Assembly (NCBI GenBank): GCA_964482405.1 | Contig: CAYZXH010000001.1 | Span: 661-64,660, forward strand | Length of the DNA stretch: 64,000 nucleotides | DNA from: an uncultured Desulfurococcaceae archaeon | GTDB lineage: Archaea > Thermoproteota > Thermoprotei_A > Sulfolobales > NBVN01 | Direction: 5' to 3' | Shown: positions 30,075 to 38,896 of the stretch, piece by piece | How the letters are laid out: the number at the start of each line of letters is the position of its first letter | How positions within the stretch are numbered: position 1 is the first letter of the stretch | The notes under the pieces: model-generated | What the model was told of the DNA's origin: nothing | The model's database searches: none | Seen by the model: only the letters and a program-made list of their open reading frames with translations | Made by a program: the position numbers and the translations under genes

Positions 30075-33029
30075 GTGATAGTCTTGAAGCCTTTCCTTAA
30101 GAGCCCGTTGCCTATAGTGAGTATCGTTTTAATAACGTTCACTGTTTTAGCTGTCACCACAGTTTTCTTATCAGCTACTTCCTTAGTCACGAATATCGGG
30201 ATCAACATTGGTAGGATGATTAAGTGGGAATTAGCCGGGTCTAAGTACAGCTCTTATGGATCTCCTCGCATCATCTTGGAGCCCGAAAGTCTACCCGAGG
30301 AGTACGTTTCCGTTAATGAGGGGTTTGAAATCTCAAAAGAGGTTGCTGAAAGATTATCTAGTGATTCAAGAATTTCAGACTATATAGTCATTCAGATAAT
30401 TCTGATAAAGAGTCCTGAAAGGTCTTTAATTCCTCTCATGGAGTTATCGATAATCGTATTACACGGTATTAAACTCAGTGATTTAGGTGTTTCGCAGGAT
30501 GCCGCAATAGACGGTAGTATCACGAACTACCTAAATAATACCTTGATTAATTTACTTCTTGGCGGGCTCAATTATACTACGTATTCAGAAGACTTAAGTA
30601 AATTGCTTGAGGGATTAAGGGGGATTCCTTGTCTTGAGTTTTATGAAGAGCGATTTTATCGTACGTGTGTCGTGTACAACCCGCTATCCTTGTTTAAGGC
30701 TTCTACATTATTTGTAATTGATTCAAGCACGTTCGAGAAGGTTGGTCTGAGTCACCTAAATAAGGTTAAGGATAGGTTTAAAGCCCTAAACGTTAGCGTT
30801 GATTTCTACACGATGAATGTTTTAGTGTTCGTAGACCTAAGAAGCGAGTCATACTTTAACCCTGCCTCGATACAGGGGAGCTTGGAGAATGCTAAGGCAA
30901 TAGCCGAGGATTTAAAGAACTCTCTCGATTTCGAGAGTTTCTCTAACACGCCGCTTCAGAGTGTTCTGAGTAATTATCAATTTATTGAGACAGCTTTTAG
31001 GGTTAGCTCTGTTGCCGGGGTTTTGCCAGCTTTCGTGGCTTTGGTTGCGGTGTTACGACCTATATCTGAGATGCTGGTTCTTAGTGTTAGGAGGGCTTTC
31101 GGGTTAATGCGTATTAGGGGGGTTTCTCAATCGGTCGTTAGGAGATGGTTTTACGGCATTTTGCTGATCTCCTTAATCGCGGGCTTCGGTCTCGGATTAC
31201 TAGTTAGTTATGTTTTAGCGGTCTCCTACTTCAAGATTTATGATCCTCTGCAGGTGTTGCTTGACCCAATCATACTGTCTATGCTAGCTATTCTGCTCGC
31301 GATAGAAGTGCTGATTCTAGCTCGCAGAATCTCTCGAACATCTTCTAGCATATCCCCGGCTGAAACCCTTAAGACTACGTTAATACCTGAGAGCTTACTA
31401 GAGCCTGTGAGGATGAGCACCTCCGGCTGGTTCTCGGTAGGTGTTGGTCTATACTTCATAATCACGGGCATAACGAATTACTCGGCGACAAGAATCTTAA
31501 CCACTGGCATGGTCGGCGGTCCGAGTAATGTTAACATAGCCTTAATAATAGTGTTAGCTATAGTCGCTATGTTCGAGTCTTTGCTAAAGCCTTTCGCCCC
31601 GGCTATAGCTGTTTACGGCTTCATAAAACTTTACATAGTAAATCATGAGAGGTTCTGGGATATCCTACATAGATCCATGTTAAGTAGATCAAGCCTCGCA
31701 CTACCTAGTAAGAGCATCGCTCTAACTATAAGGAGAAGGGTAACACCTATCTTAGTGTTGTTAGCGTTCTCCACGAGCGTCATGACTCAAACACTAATAT
31801 ATGGTGAGTCAATGAATTCCCTAGTAGACTCGGCAATCAAGGCGTCAGCGGGTTCCGACTTCCTACTCAGCAAATCCTTAAGCATCGTCCTCACCCCGAA
31901 CAAGACCTTACGTGAGGTACTTAATGAATATTCTGACACGCAAAAAGTACTTAACGGATGGGAAAGTATTGATAATTCATCAAGTATTTTAGCGTTTGAA
32001 GTTTATGGATCTGTTAGGGGTACCTCAATGCATTACTGTTGTTTACTGACTCTTATAGTGGTGCCCGACCCGAACACCTTCCTACGGAACACTTACTGGT
32101 ATGACGAATGGAGTTTAAGAGGTAGCTTCAGTGAGTCTCTTAATGAGGTCTTGTCGGAAGGTAGGGTAGTACTTGTTAGAGATTCCGCTAGTTTCACCAT
32201 ACCAGCTGGCTCTGATCTCAAAGACTTGAGTGTTTATCTCACAGCTTCTCCCCAACAGGACGTGATGCTAGTTCCTGAAGTAGTTGACGTATGGTCGGGC
32301 TTTCCCGGAATACCTGGCATAAGTCCACGTGCTTTTGCTATAGTCGCTGGTAGCTGGGTATTGGACGTGCCTAACTTTACTAAAGTATTGTACACGGTTC
32401 CTTTCATGGGAGGGGATGAGAGGTTCACCGCTCATGTCTATGTTTATAGCCTTAGTAGCTCAGTTTCTGAGGAGTTGATTAATGGGGGCTTCACAGTAGT
32501 TAAGTCTTTAAAAGATTTGAGGAGCGATCCAGAGGTCGAGATAGTTAGGTCCTTATTAACTTCTACAGGAGGTTCTTCAGAGACTTACTTAATCTTCATG
32601 ATTCTCTCGGCCGGGATTGCGGCGGTGGTTGCTTACGTGGTAGCTTTAGAGACTGGCAGGACTGCTTTGCTGTTGAGGGTTAGGGGCTTAACACCTTCTA
32701 AGACACTTAAACTCAACGCGCTGTACTGGCTTACGGTCACAGCGACTTCAGTGCTTCTAGGTAGTGTGGTGGGCTTAGCGCTGGGTTTAAGCGATCTGAA
32801 CGCGTACGGGACGTCCGGCGGACTCGGAGCCTCACTAACGTACATGTTTTCATATTTGTTAGGTCTTAAAGGACTTCAGCTCAGCTTAGGTGTTTTGAGA
32901 GTTGCTATACCGCCCGTCTTGATATTAACAACCCTGCTAGCTTTCGTCTTACTGTCTTTAATCCCTATCACAACAATACAGTTAGTGTATAGGGGTCAGG
33001 TTAGGGAGAGGTTTATTGAGGTGAGGTAA
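30075..33029 (+). CDS. Large ABC transporter permease with two FtsX-like domains (MacB/LolE-type)
   Basis: 984 aa. There are two TM bundles, each preceded by a large extracytoplasmic region. FtsX-type motifs are RRAFGLMRIRGVSQSVV and ALLLRVRGLTPSKTL. The ATPase gene starts 2 nt after the stop. Confidence 0.65.
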   Translation: MIVLKPFLKSPLPIVSIVLITFTVLAVTTVFLSATSLVTNIGINIGRMIKWELAGSKYSSYGSPRIILEPESLPEEYVSVNEGFEISKEVAERLSSDSRISDYIVIQIILIKSPERSLIPLMELSIIVLHGIKLSDLGVSQDAAIDGSITNYLNNTLINLLLGGLNYTTYSEDLSKLLEGLRGIPCLEFYEERFYRTCVVYNPLSLFKASTLFVIDSSTFEKVGLSHLNKVKDRFKALNVSVDFYTMNVLVFVDLRSESYFNPASIQGSLENAKAIAEDLKNSLDFESFSNTPLQSVLSNYQFIETAFRVSSVAGVLPAFVALVAVLRPISEMLVLSVRRAFGLMRIRGVSQSVVRRWFYGILLISLIAGFGLGLLVSYVLAVSYFKIYDPLQVLLDPIILSMLAILLAIEVLILARRISRTSSSISPAETLKTTLIPESLLEPVRMSTSGWFSVGVGLYFIITGITNYSATRILTTGMVGGPSNVNIALIIVLAIVAMFESLLKPFAPAIAVYGFIKLYIVNHERFWDILHRSMLSRSSLALPSKSIALTIRRRVTPILVLLAFSTSVMTQTLIYGESMNSLVDSAIKASAGSDFLLSKSLSIVLTPNKTLREVLNEYSDTQKVLNGWESIDNSSSILAFEVYGSVRGTSMHYCCLLTLIVVPDPNTFLRNTYWYDEWSLRGSFSESLNEVLSEGRVVLVRDSASFTIPAGSDLKDLSVYLTASPQQDVMLVPEVVDVWSGFPGIPGISPRAFAIVAGSWVLDVPNFTKVLYTVPFMGGDERFTAHVYVYSLSSSVSEELINGGFTVVKSLKDLRSDPEVEIVRSLLTSTGGSSETYLIFMILSAGIAAVVAYVVALETGRTALLLRVRGLTPSKTLKLNALYWLTVTATSVLLGSVVGLALGLSDLNAYGTSGGLGASLTYMFSYLLGLKGLQLSLGVLRVAIPPVLILTTLLAFVLLSLIPITTIQLVYRGQVRERFIEVR

Positions 33030-33030
33030 T

Positions 33031-33954
33031 GTGTTCGTGAAATCTGGTGTGTTGGTTGAGGTAAGAGATTTAGTAAAGATATATAAGTATAAGGGTGGTG
33101 AGGTTCAGGCTCTTAAGGGAGTCACCGCGTCTTTCGAGCCGGGAACACTGACGTGCATCATGGGTCCTTCAGGTTCTGGCAAGACCACGCTCCTGAACTT
33201 GATAGGAGGTATTGACACACCGACCGGCGGTCAAGTAAACGTTGGGGGTATTAAGGTTCACACGCTTAGGGGTGTGGAGCTAGATAAGTATAGGTTAGCG
33301 AATGTCGGCTTCGTCTTCCAGGCACTTAACCTAATACCTACCTTAACAGCGTTAGAGAACGTTATGCTCCCCGCTCAGATGGCTGGCGTCAGCAGGCAGG
33401 AATCAGCTAAGAGAGCTCTTGAGTTGCTACGATTGGTCGGGCTAGGAGATAAGGCTAGTAGATATCCTGAGGAGTTAAGCGGTGGTGAGCAACAAAGAGT
33501 AGCTATAGCTGTGGCGTTAGCTAACGACCCCTCACTAATCATAGCTGACGAACCGACAGCAGAGCTCGACTCACAAAACGCGAGAAACGTTGTAGACATA
33601 CTCGTTAAGTTAGCTAGGGAATACGGTAAGACAGTGATTCTAGCAACACACGACCCTAGGGTGGCCGTTAACACAGACAGGATACTGAGGCTGGAAGACG
33701 GCAAATTAGTTGGCGAGGTCAAGCCTATAGACCTAGAAAAAAGTGTTGTGGGCGCGACCCCGCGTGAAGCCTCAGTAACTCTCTCGGAAATAATAAAAGT
33801 TAAGATAGCTAGCGTAGAGAAAGAAATAAGGGATGTTGAAGAGATGTTCAGAGATAATAGGTTATCAGCTGAGGAATTCTACTCAAGAGTATCGAGACTA
33901 AGACTCATTAAGGAGGCCCTAACAGAATTGCTAACTTCCATAGGTAGCTCCTGA
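33031..33954 (+). CDS. ABC transporter ATPase (MacB/LolD-like) with a C-terminal helical extension
   Basis: Walker A GPSGSGKTT, Q-loop FVFQALNL, signature LSGGEQQRVAIA and Walker B IIADEPT. An extra helical tail of about 80 aa (VEKEIRDVEEMFRDNRLSAEEFYSRVSRL) follows. Confidence 0.85.
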   Translation: MFVKSGVLVEVRDLVKIYKYKGGEVQALKGVTASFEPGTLTCIMGPSGSGKTTLLNLIGGIDTPTGGQVNVGGIKVHTLRGVELDKYRLANVGFVFQALNLIPTLTALENVMLPAQMAGVSRQESAKRALELLRLVGLGDKASRYPEELSGGEQQRVAIAVALANDPSLIIADEPTAELDSQNARNVVDILVKLAREYGKTVILATHDPRVAVNTDRILRLEDGKLVGEVKPIDLEKSVVGATPREASVTLSEIIKVKIASVEKEIRDVEEMFRDNRLSAEEFYSRVSRLRLIKEALTELLTSIGSS

Positions 33955-34194
33955 GCACTTACCTCGCGTAAGACTTTTCTCTAACCTAGATTACTCGGTA
34001 AGTATAAGCTCGCACGAAAATAACAAACCTTAGTTACTTAGTTACGTGAGGTCTTGCCCTAAAAACAGAAATATAAATCTATAACAGAAAATACTAACGT
34101 AAGGCGAATCCGTGGTCAAGCCAAGTGAGTTAAGAAAAACTCCTTGAACTTTAACGGGTTGTTTGAAAGTTCCTGACTCTAAAAACCCGGTATG

Positions 34195-34617
34195 TTAAGT
34201 TTTCATTAATTCTCTTTCCTTGTAGGCGCCGAGTAACGCGTAGATCAAGATGATTATTAAGGCTATGCCTACGTTATAGCTTGACATAGATAGCCATGAA
34301 GCTATCACTAGTAGCACTAACCCTAAGAAAACTCTCGTCACCGCAGGGTTAGTGGCGAATACTTTCTTAGACGTTGTTTTAGGTTCAGCTCCGTAGTACC
34401 AGACACCGTTAACGTAAAGTATGATAACCCACGGAAGTGAAGAGAGTTCGTTGAGGGGAGGAGTTAATGTCGTTGCTACAGCAATTATTAAGGATATCAC
34501 GAATACTGTAAAATCTCTGAAACTTGTTGATACCTTAACGTGCTTGAAGGTTAGGAAAGCACTTAATAATATAGCCGCTGAGGCTAAGATTAGGTTGATT
34601 AACTCAGGTAGGCTCAC
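34195..34617 (-). CDS. Small 4-TM membrane protein (last gene of the five-gene operon)
   Basis: 140 aa with four hydrophobic helices. It begins 12 nt after the upstream gene's stop. Confidence 0.5.
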   Translation of the reverse strand: MSLPELINLILASAAILLSAFLTFKHVKVSTSFRDFTVFVISLIIAVATTLTPPLNELSSLPWVIILYVNGVWYYGAEPKTTSKKVFATNPAVTRVFLGLVLLVIASWLSMSSYNVGIALIIILIYALLGAYKERELMKT

Positions 34618-34629
34618 TCACACATCACC

Positions 34630-36108
34630 TCAAATAACTAGGGACTCCAGAGAGCTTAAGTCTGTGTTCAGCCTGATCCTGAGCTTTCCCTCAAAATCTA
34701 GTGTTCTCTTATCAACTTCTTTGAAGGGTATATACGTGGGTTCGCCAACGCTCGTAGACGCGAAGGTTATTTTACCTCTGTAATAATTGTTTGCGTTCAT
34801 TATGTATGAATCAGCTAATTTCTCTACTAGCACGGAAGCTATTAGGGGTGGTACTGCTCTAGCTTGCGAGGGCATACTCGTCTTAACCTTCCTAGAGAGT
34901 AGCTCGTTAATGAGTTTGAGAGCAGGTGCTTCCTCAACCCTATCTGGCGGTATTGGCCTACCAGCACTTACTTCAAGTACGTCAAGTACCGATCCCTCAA
35001 CTAACGGTGCAATACCGACTACCAGTAACTTTATCGAGGACTCAGCACCCTTCTTGAGTAGGAAACCCTTCACGTAAGAGAACCTAGCCTCAACCACGTA
35101 GTAGGGTATGTAGTAAGTTCCCTGCCCCCGCACAATACTTACCTCACTCGCCCCGATCTTGCTGTAAACGACTTCCTTAACCCGAGCGGTAATCTCAAGT
35201 AAGTCTTGCAAAGGTCTCTTATGTGCTTCCCTCAGCTTATTGAAGAGAGGCACGTATTTCTCAAACCACTCCATCATCTTTAGGGGGTCCTCACCTGCTG
35301 TGAAGAGCCTGTGTGCTGAGTCTATTATATTTGATAGAGACTCAGCACACATCTTCTCTACTTCAACTATTCCTGGATTAACTTCCGGAATTGCCTTACC
35401 TAAGACTTTCTGTAGTAATGATTTGTATAGGTCTACGGAGTTATTTATTAATGTGAGGGAAGCTGTAGTGTTCCTATTCCACAACTCATTGACCGCGCTA
35501 AGCATGGAGTGTGTTGCTCTCAGCCTCTCCTTAACTAGTGAATACTCTGGTGACTCAGGTATTGCTTGAAGCGCTTCCTCACAATTCTTAAGAGCTGTCT
35601 TAACATCGTTTTTGCTTAAAGCTCTCAACATGTTAGCTAAGTAAGCTGTGAGATACTCGTAAACTAACGTTTCGTTAAGTAGTTTCTGATCCTCCTCAGC
35701 GACTGCGAAATCCTTAAGACTCTCAACCTTCAGAGCTTCCTCGAAATAACGTCTGGAATCATCGATTGGGGGAGGCGATGATGTAATGAGAGGAGTTATC
35801 GGCTGTGAGAGTTGCTGTAAGTACCTAGCACGCACGTTCGCGCGCGCTAAGCTAACCTTAGGTTTTATTAAGTTCTGGAATATCTGATACCTGGCCGCGA
35901 CATCAACGGTTGTTGAGGTAATGATGGTTGGTGGGAGTATCTCCCTAATCCATCTCTCAAGTTCCTGCTTTAGGTTCTCAGTATATTTTGAGGCGTCCAC
36001 TATCTTGTTCGTGTAGCCACAGTACTCACACCTGATCCAGCTATCGCCTGGTTTAGGCGCTGGGAGCGGCGCGCCGCAATTAGTGCATCTAAGCTTGTAG
36101 ACCTCCAA
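34630..36108 (-). CDS. Hypothetical protein with an N-terminal 4-Cys zinc ribbon
   Basis: CTNCGAPLPAPKPGDSWIRCEYCGY (CxxC-x17-CxxC) at the N-terminus, then a long helical region and a C-terminal mixed domain. No enzymatic motif recognised. Confidence 0.55.
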   Translation of the reverse strand: MEVYKLRCTNCGAPLPAPKPGDSWIRCEYCGYTNKIVDASKYTENLKQELERWIREILPPTIITSTTVDVAARYQIFQNLIKPKVSLARANVRARYLQQLSQPITPLITSSPPPIDDSRRYFEEALKVESLKDFAVAEEDQKLLNETLVYEYLTAYLANMLRALSKNDVKTALKNCEEALQAIPESPEYSLVKERLRATHSMLSAVNELWNRNTTASLTLINNSVDLYKSLLQKVLGKAIPEVNPGIVEVEKMCAESLSNIIDSAHRLFTAGEDPLKMMEWFEKYVPLFNKLREAHKRPLQDLLEITARVKEVVYSKIGASEVSIVRGQGTYYIPYYVVEARFSYVKGFLLKKGAESSIKLLVVGIAPLVEGSVLDVLEVSAGRPIPPDRVEEAPALKLINELLSRKVKTSMPSQARAVPPLIASVLVEKLADSYIMNANNYYRGKITFASTSVGEPTYIPFKEVDKRTLDFEGKLRIRLNTDLSSLESLVI

Positions 36109-36141
36109 TAAACCACCTCAAAAACCAACCCCATAGCTAAC

Positions 36142-37119
36142 TTACTTCCTTTCAAACCTTATGGTGGTTCTCATGAGGTCTATCCTAGCCTGTAATTCTC
36201 TTATTCTAGCGTTTATGCGTTCCTCCATGAGCCTCATCTCCTTGATTGCTAGGTCGTAGTAATACTTGGATATCTTATCGCTTAAGTCTCTTATCATCGT
36301 GTAGCAAACTCTGCACACAGCTATCTTCCCGTCGTTGATTAAGTATGGTGCGTCTTTGTCGTACCTAGACTTGACGTACTCGTTTACCGACGCCGGTAGG
36401 TATATGTAGTTTACCTCCTCACCCTGGATCTCCCTATGACACACCCAGCACTTAGTTGACTTACCTAATTTGGTTATCCTCTCATTAACGAATTCTCTTA
36501 CCTCTGGTGTGGCTTGTTGTAGGAACGCGAGTGCTTCTGAATATATCTCTACGGCTTTGCTCGGTTCGTTTTCCTCTATCTTAACCGCTCTAATTATTCT
36601 CGCATAACCTAATAGTCTAAATCCTATGACGTTGAGCGGTTCGTGAAGACCTACTAAATCCTCTAGGATTAATCTTCGTGCCCCCTCAGCTAGCAATATG
36701 TTAGCGACACTCTCGTATTTCTCGGCTATGCTTATATCCATAGACTTAACCTTACCTATTTCAAAGCTAGGCAAACCAGATAATTCAGCCAGTAACTCCA
36801 GCTCGCGTGTGAGATCCTGAGGATACACCTTACTAGCTAAGCCTAGATCTAATTCAGTGCCAGGGTCTAGCTTCCTACACTGATCAGCAGCTTTCTTGAA
36901 AGACTCCGGGGTTTTCTTGATTAGTGCGTCGTAGAATAAGGCGTAGAATAAGGGTATGTCCGCCTTACTAGCTAGGCTCGGATCACGCGACTTGCTAGCT
37001 ACCTCATAAGCTTGAAGAAAGTTCCTTACAGCACCTTCTAAATTACCTTTATTGCGGTCACTAAAGCCCTTACTCATTAAATCATTGAATTTCTCTGTAT
37101 CACTCTTGAAGAATATCAT
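36142..37119 (-). CDS. Hypothetical helical protein with an internal 4-Cys zinc ribbon and a C-terminal coiled coil
   Basis: C224-x2-C227 and C269-x2-C272 (nt about 36304-36450), followed by MRLMEERINARIRELQARIDLMR. The N-terminal two thirds are helical-repeat-like. Confidence 0.55.
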   Translation of the reverse strand: MIFFKSDTEKFNDLMSKGFSDRNKGNLEGAVRNFLQAYEVASKSRDPSLASKADIPLFYALFYDALIKKTPESFKKAADQCRKLDPGTELDLGLASKVYPQDLTRELELLAELSGLPSFEIGKVKSMDISIAEKYESVANILLAEGARRLILEDLVGLHEPLNVIGFRLLGYARIIRAVKIEENEPSKAVEIYSEALAFLQQATPEVREFVNERITKLGKSTKCWVCHREIQGEEVNYIYLPASVNEYVKSRYDKDAPYLINDGKIAVCRVCYTMIRDLSDKISKYYYDLAIKEMRLMEERINARIRELQARIDLMRTTIRFERK

Positions 37120-37121
37120 CG

Positions 37122-38132
37122 CTACATCTCCTGCTTATACTTCTCTAAGAGTTCTTTCTTTAGCTTATCATACTCTTCCTGAGTTATTAATCCCTCATCA
37201 AGCATTTCCTTAAGTTCCTTCAGCTTCTCAATTATCGGGGACTTTTTCTGAGGTTGTGATGGTTGCTGTGGTTGAGGGGCTTGAGGTTGTTGAGGCTGTG
37301 CTTGCTGCTGAATAACCGGCTGTAAGAGTCCTGGCATAGCGACTAAAGCACCCATCCACCCGGCGGCCGGGGACCTACCTAAAGCTCTCATAATCTCGAC
37401 AGTCTTAACTATCTCTAACACCTTATCTTCATCGCCTTTCTGAATAGCTAGCAGTAGCGGGAGCCCGTAGGTTGGGTCCTCCTTCTCCATCTTCTCGAGT
37501 TGCGGCAGACTTACTCCGCCAATCTTAACATCTATTAATTCTAGACCTCTCTGTTTGAAGGCGTCGTATATGTTGCTGGCTTTTATCCTCGTGGTAACCT
37601 CGCTTAAGTTGGAGTATATGTCTATCGCGGTATACTTACTGATTTCCTGGATAAAGCTTTCTACGAAGTAATTCCTGATGAAGTCAGCAACCATAGGAGA
37701 CGATATCTCCCTGACTGCTCCGGCGATCTGGGTTAAGAAGAGGACTGGATCTATAACACGGTACCAGAACTCACCGAAGCTTTGCAGTTCAGTCATGTAG
37801 AGAGTTCTAGGACCTAACTTAACCCTAGTTGATAAACCAAACTTACCCCTGAATTGCTTTAGTGACACGAACACTACGCGTGCCTTAAAGGGGGTCTCCC
37901 CATACCCAGCGATCAGTCTGTAAGCTCTTGTTAAGAGAGGTAGGTTCTGGGTCGTTAAGACGTGACGTCCTGGCGGGAGGACATCGTATATCTTGCCGTC
38001 CCTCATGAATATAGCTGTCTCATACTCGTGAACCACTAACACAGTACCCCAACGAATATCCTCGTAGGGGTAAACCCACAGTATGTCATCAGGTCCTGGA
38101 TTAACCCACTCAATAACGTTAGTCTTACTCAT
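37122..38132 (-). CDS. SPFH/Band-7 superfamily protein of the YdjI (COG4260, 'virion core protein-like') type with a PQ-rich linker and C-terminal SHOCT domain
   Basis: The N-terminus (DDILWVYPYEDIRWGTVLVVHEYETAIFMRDGKIYDVLPPGRH) resembles YdjI-type SPFH proteins. It is followed by the linker QQQAQPQQPQAPQPQQPSQPQ and then LKEMLDEGLITQEEYDKLKKELL (SHOCT). Confidence 0.7.
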   Translation of the reverse strand: MSKTNVIEWVNPGPDDILWVYPYEDIRWGTVLVVHEYETAIFMRDGKIYDVLPPGRHVLTTQNLPLLTRAYRLIAGYGETPFKARVVFVSLKQFRGKFGLSTRVKLGPRTLYMTELQSFGEFWYRVIDPVLFLTQIAGAVREISSPMVADFIRNYFVESFIQEISKYTAIDIYSNLSEVTTRIKASNIYDAFKQRGLELIDVKIGGVSLPQLEKMEKEDPTYGLPLLLAIQKGDEDKVLEIVKTVEIMRALGRSPAAGWMGALVAMPGLLQPVIQQQAQPQQPQAPQPQQPSQPQKKSPIIEKLKELKEMLDEGLITQEEYDKLKKELLEKYKQEM

Positions 38133-38138
38133 TACTCA

Positions 38139-38669
38139 TCACCTCGTAAACCCCGCTAATATGTCTTCCCTCTCACTTAATTTAACTTCATATTCACTCA
38201 CGAATTTCTCAATATCTGAGAGGAGGGTACTCAACTCTTCCACGGCGATATTCGGCGTGGTCAGCCTGCTAGTGATCGCGTTTAAGGAATTTATTAAATC
38301 AGCTAACTGGAGATCGTGTTCAAGCATCTTAACCAGCTTCTCCTCATCCACCTTAGTCACGTGAAACAATGGCTTATAACCATACGGTGCGTGCCTAGTT
38401 CTCTCGGCTAGCGAGTCAATCCTGTAAATAAGTGATTCCACACGCTTAACATACTCTCCTAAACCACCCCTAGAAACCATCGCAGAGTAAGAACGCCTCA
38501 AATCCTCCAAACTCTTCCTCAACATCCTAAACAACTTATCCCTAACAACCCTGTCAGTCTCTCTAATGAGTTCTTTCTCTTTATAACCCCTATACCCAGG
38601 AAACACCATGAGAAGCTTCTCATACAACTTAAGCTCCCTCTGACTCAAATCCTTTAACACATCAGACAA
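38139..38669 (-). CDS. Hypothetical all-helical / coiled-coil protein (first gene of the five-gene operon)
   Basis: 176 aa, highly charged and heptad-rich, with no TM segment. It ends 6 nt before the SPFH gene. No family recognised by eye. Confidence 0.5.
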   Translation of the reverse strand: MSDVLKDLSQRELKLYEKLLMVFPGYRGYKEKELIRETDRVVRDKLFRMLRKSLEDLRRSYSAMVSRGGLGEYVKRVESLIYRIDSLAERTRHAPYGYKPLFHVTKVDEEKLVKMLEHDLQLADLINSLNAITSRLTTPNIAVEELSTLLSDIEKFVSEYEVKLSEREDILAGFTR

Positions 38670-38896
38670 AACACGTCACCTCACGACATCAATAATATGA
38701 TATGGTAACACCTTAATATACTTTCGAGTCAAATGTACACAAATAAGTAATTTCCTGTCTCTAACTCAAGAAATGGTGTATTTGCCATTTCGAGACGAGC
38801 AACTGACAAAGTTAGCTTTAAAGTATGAAACTACTAAGATAACCGTACTGTGATTAATTTAAAAATATTTGTGTTGTTTACGTGAAAAACACTATT

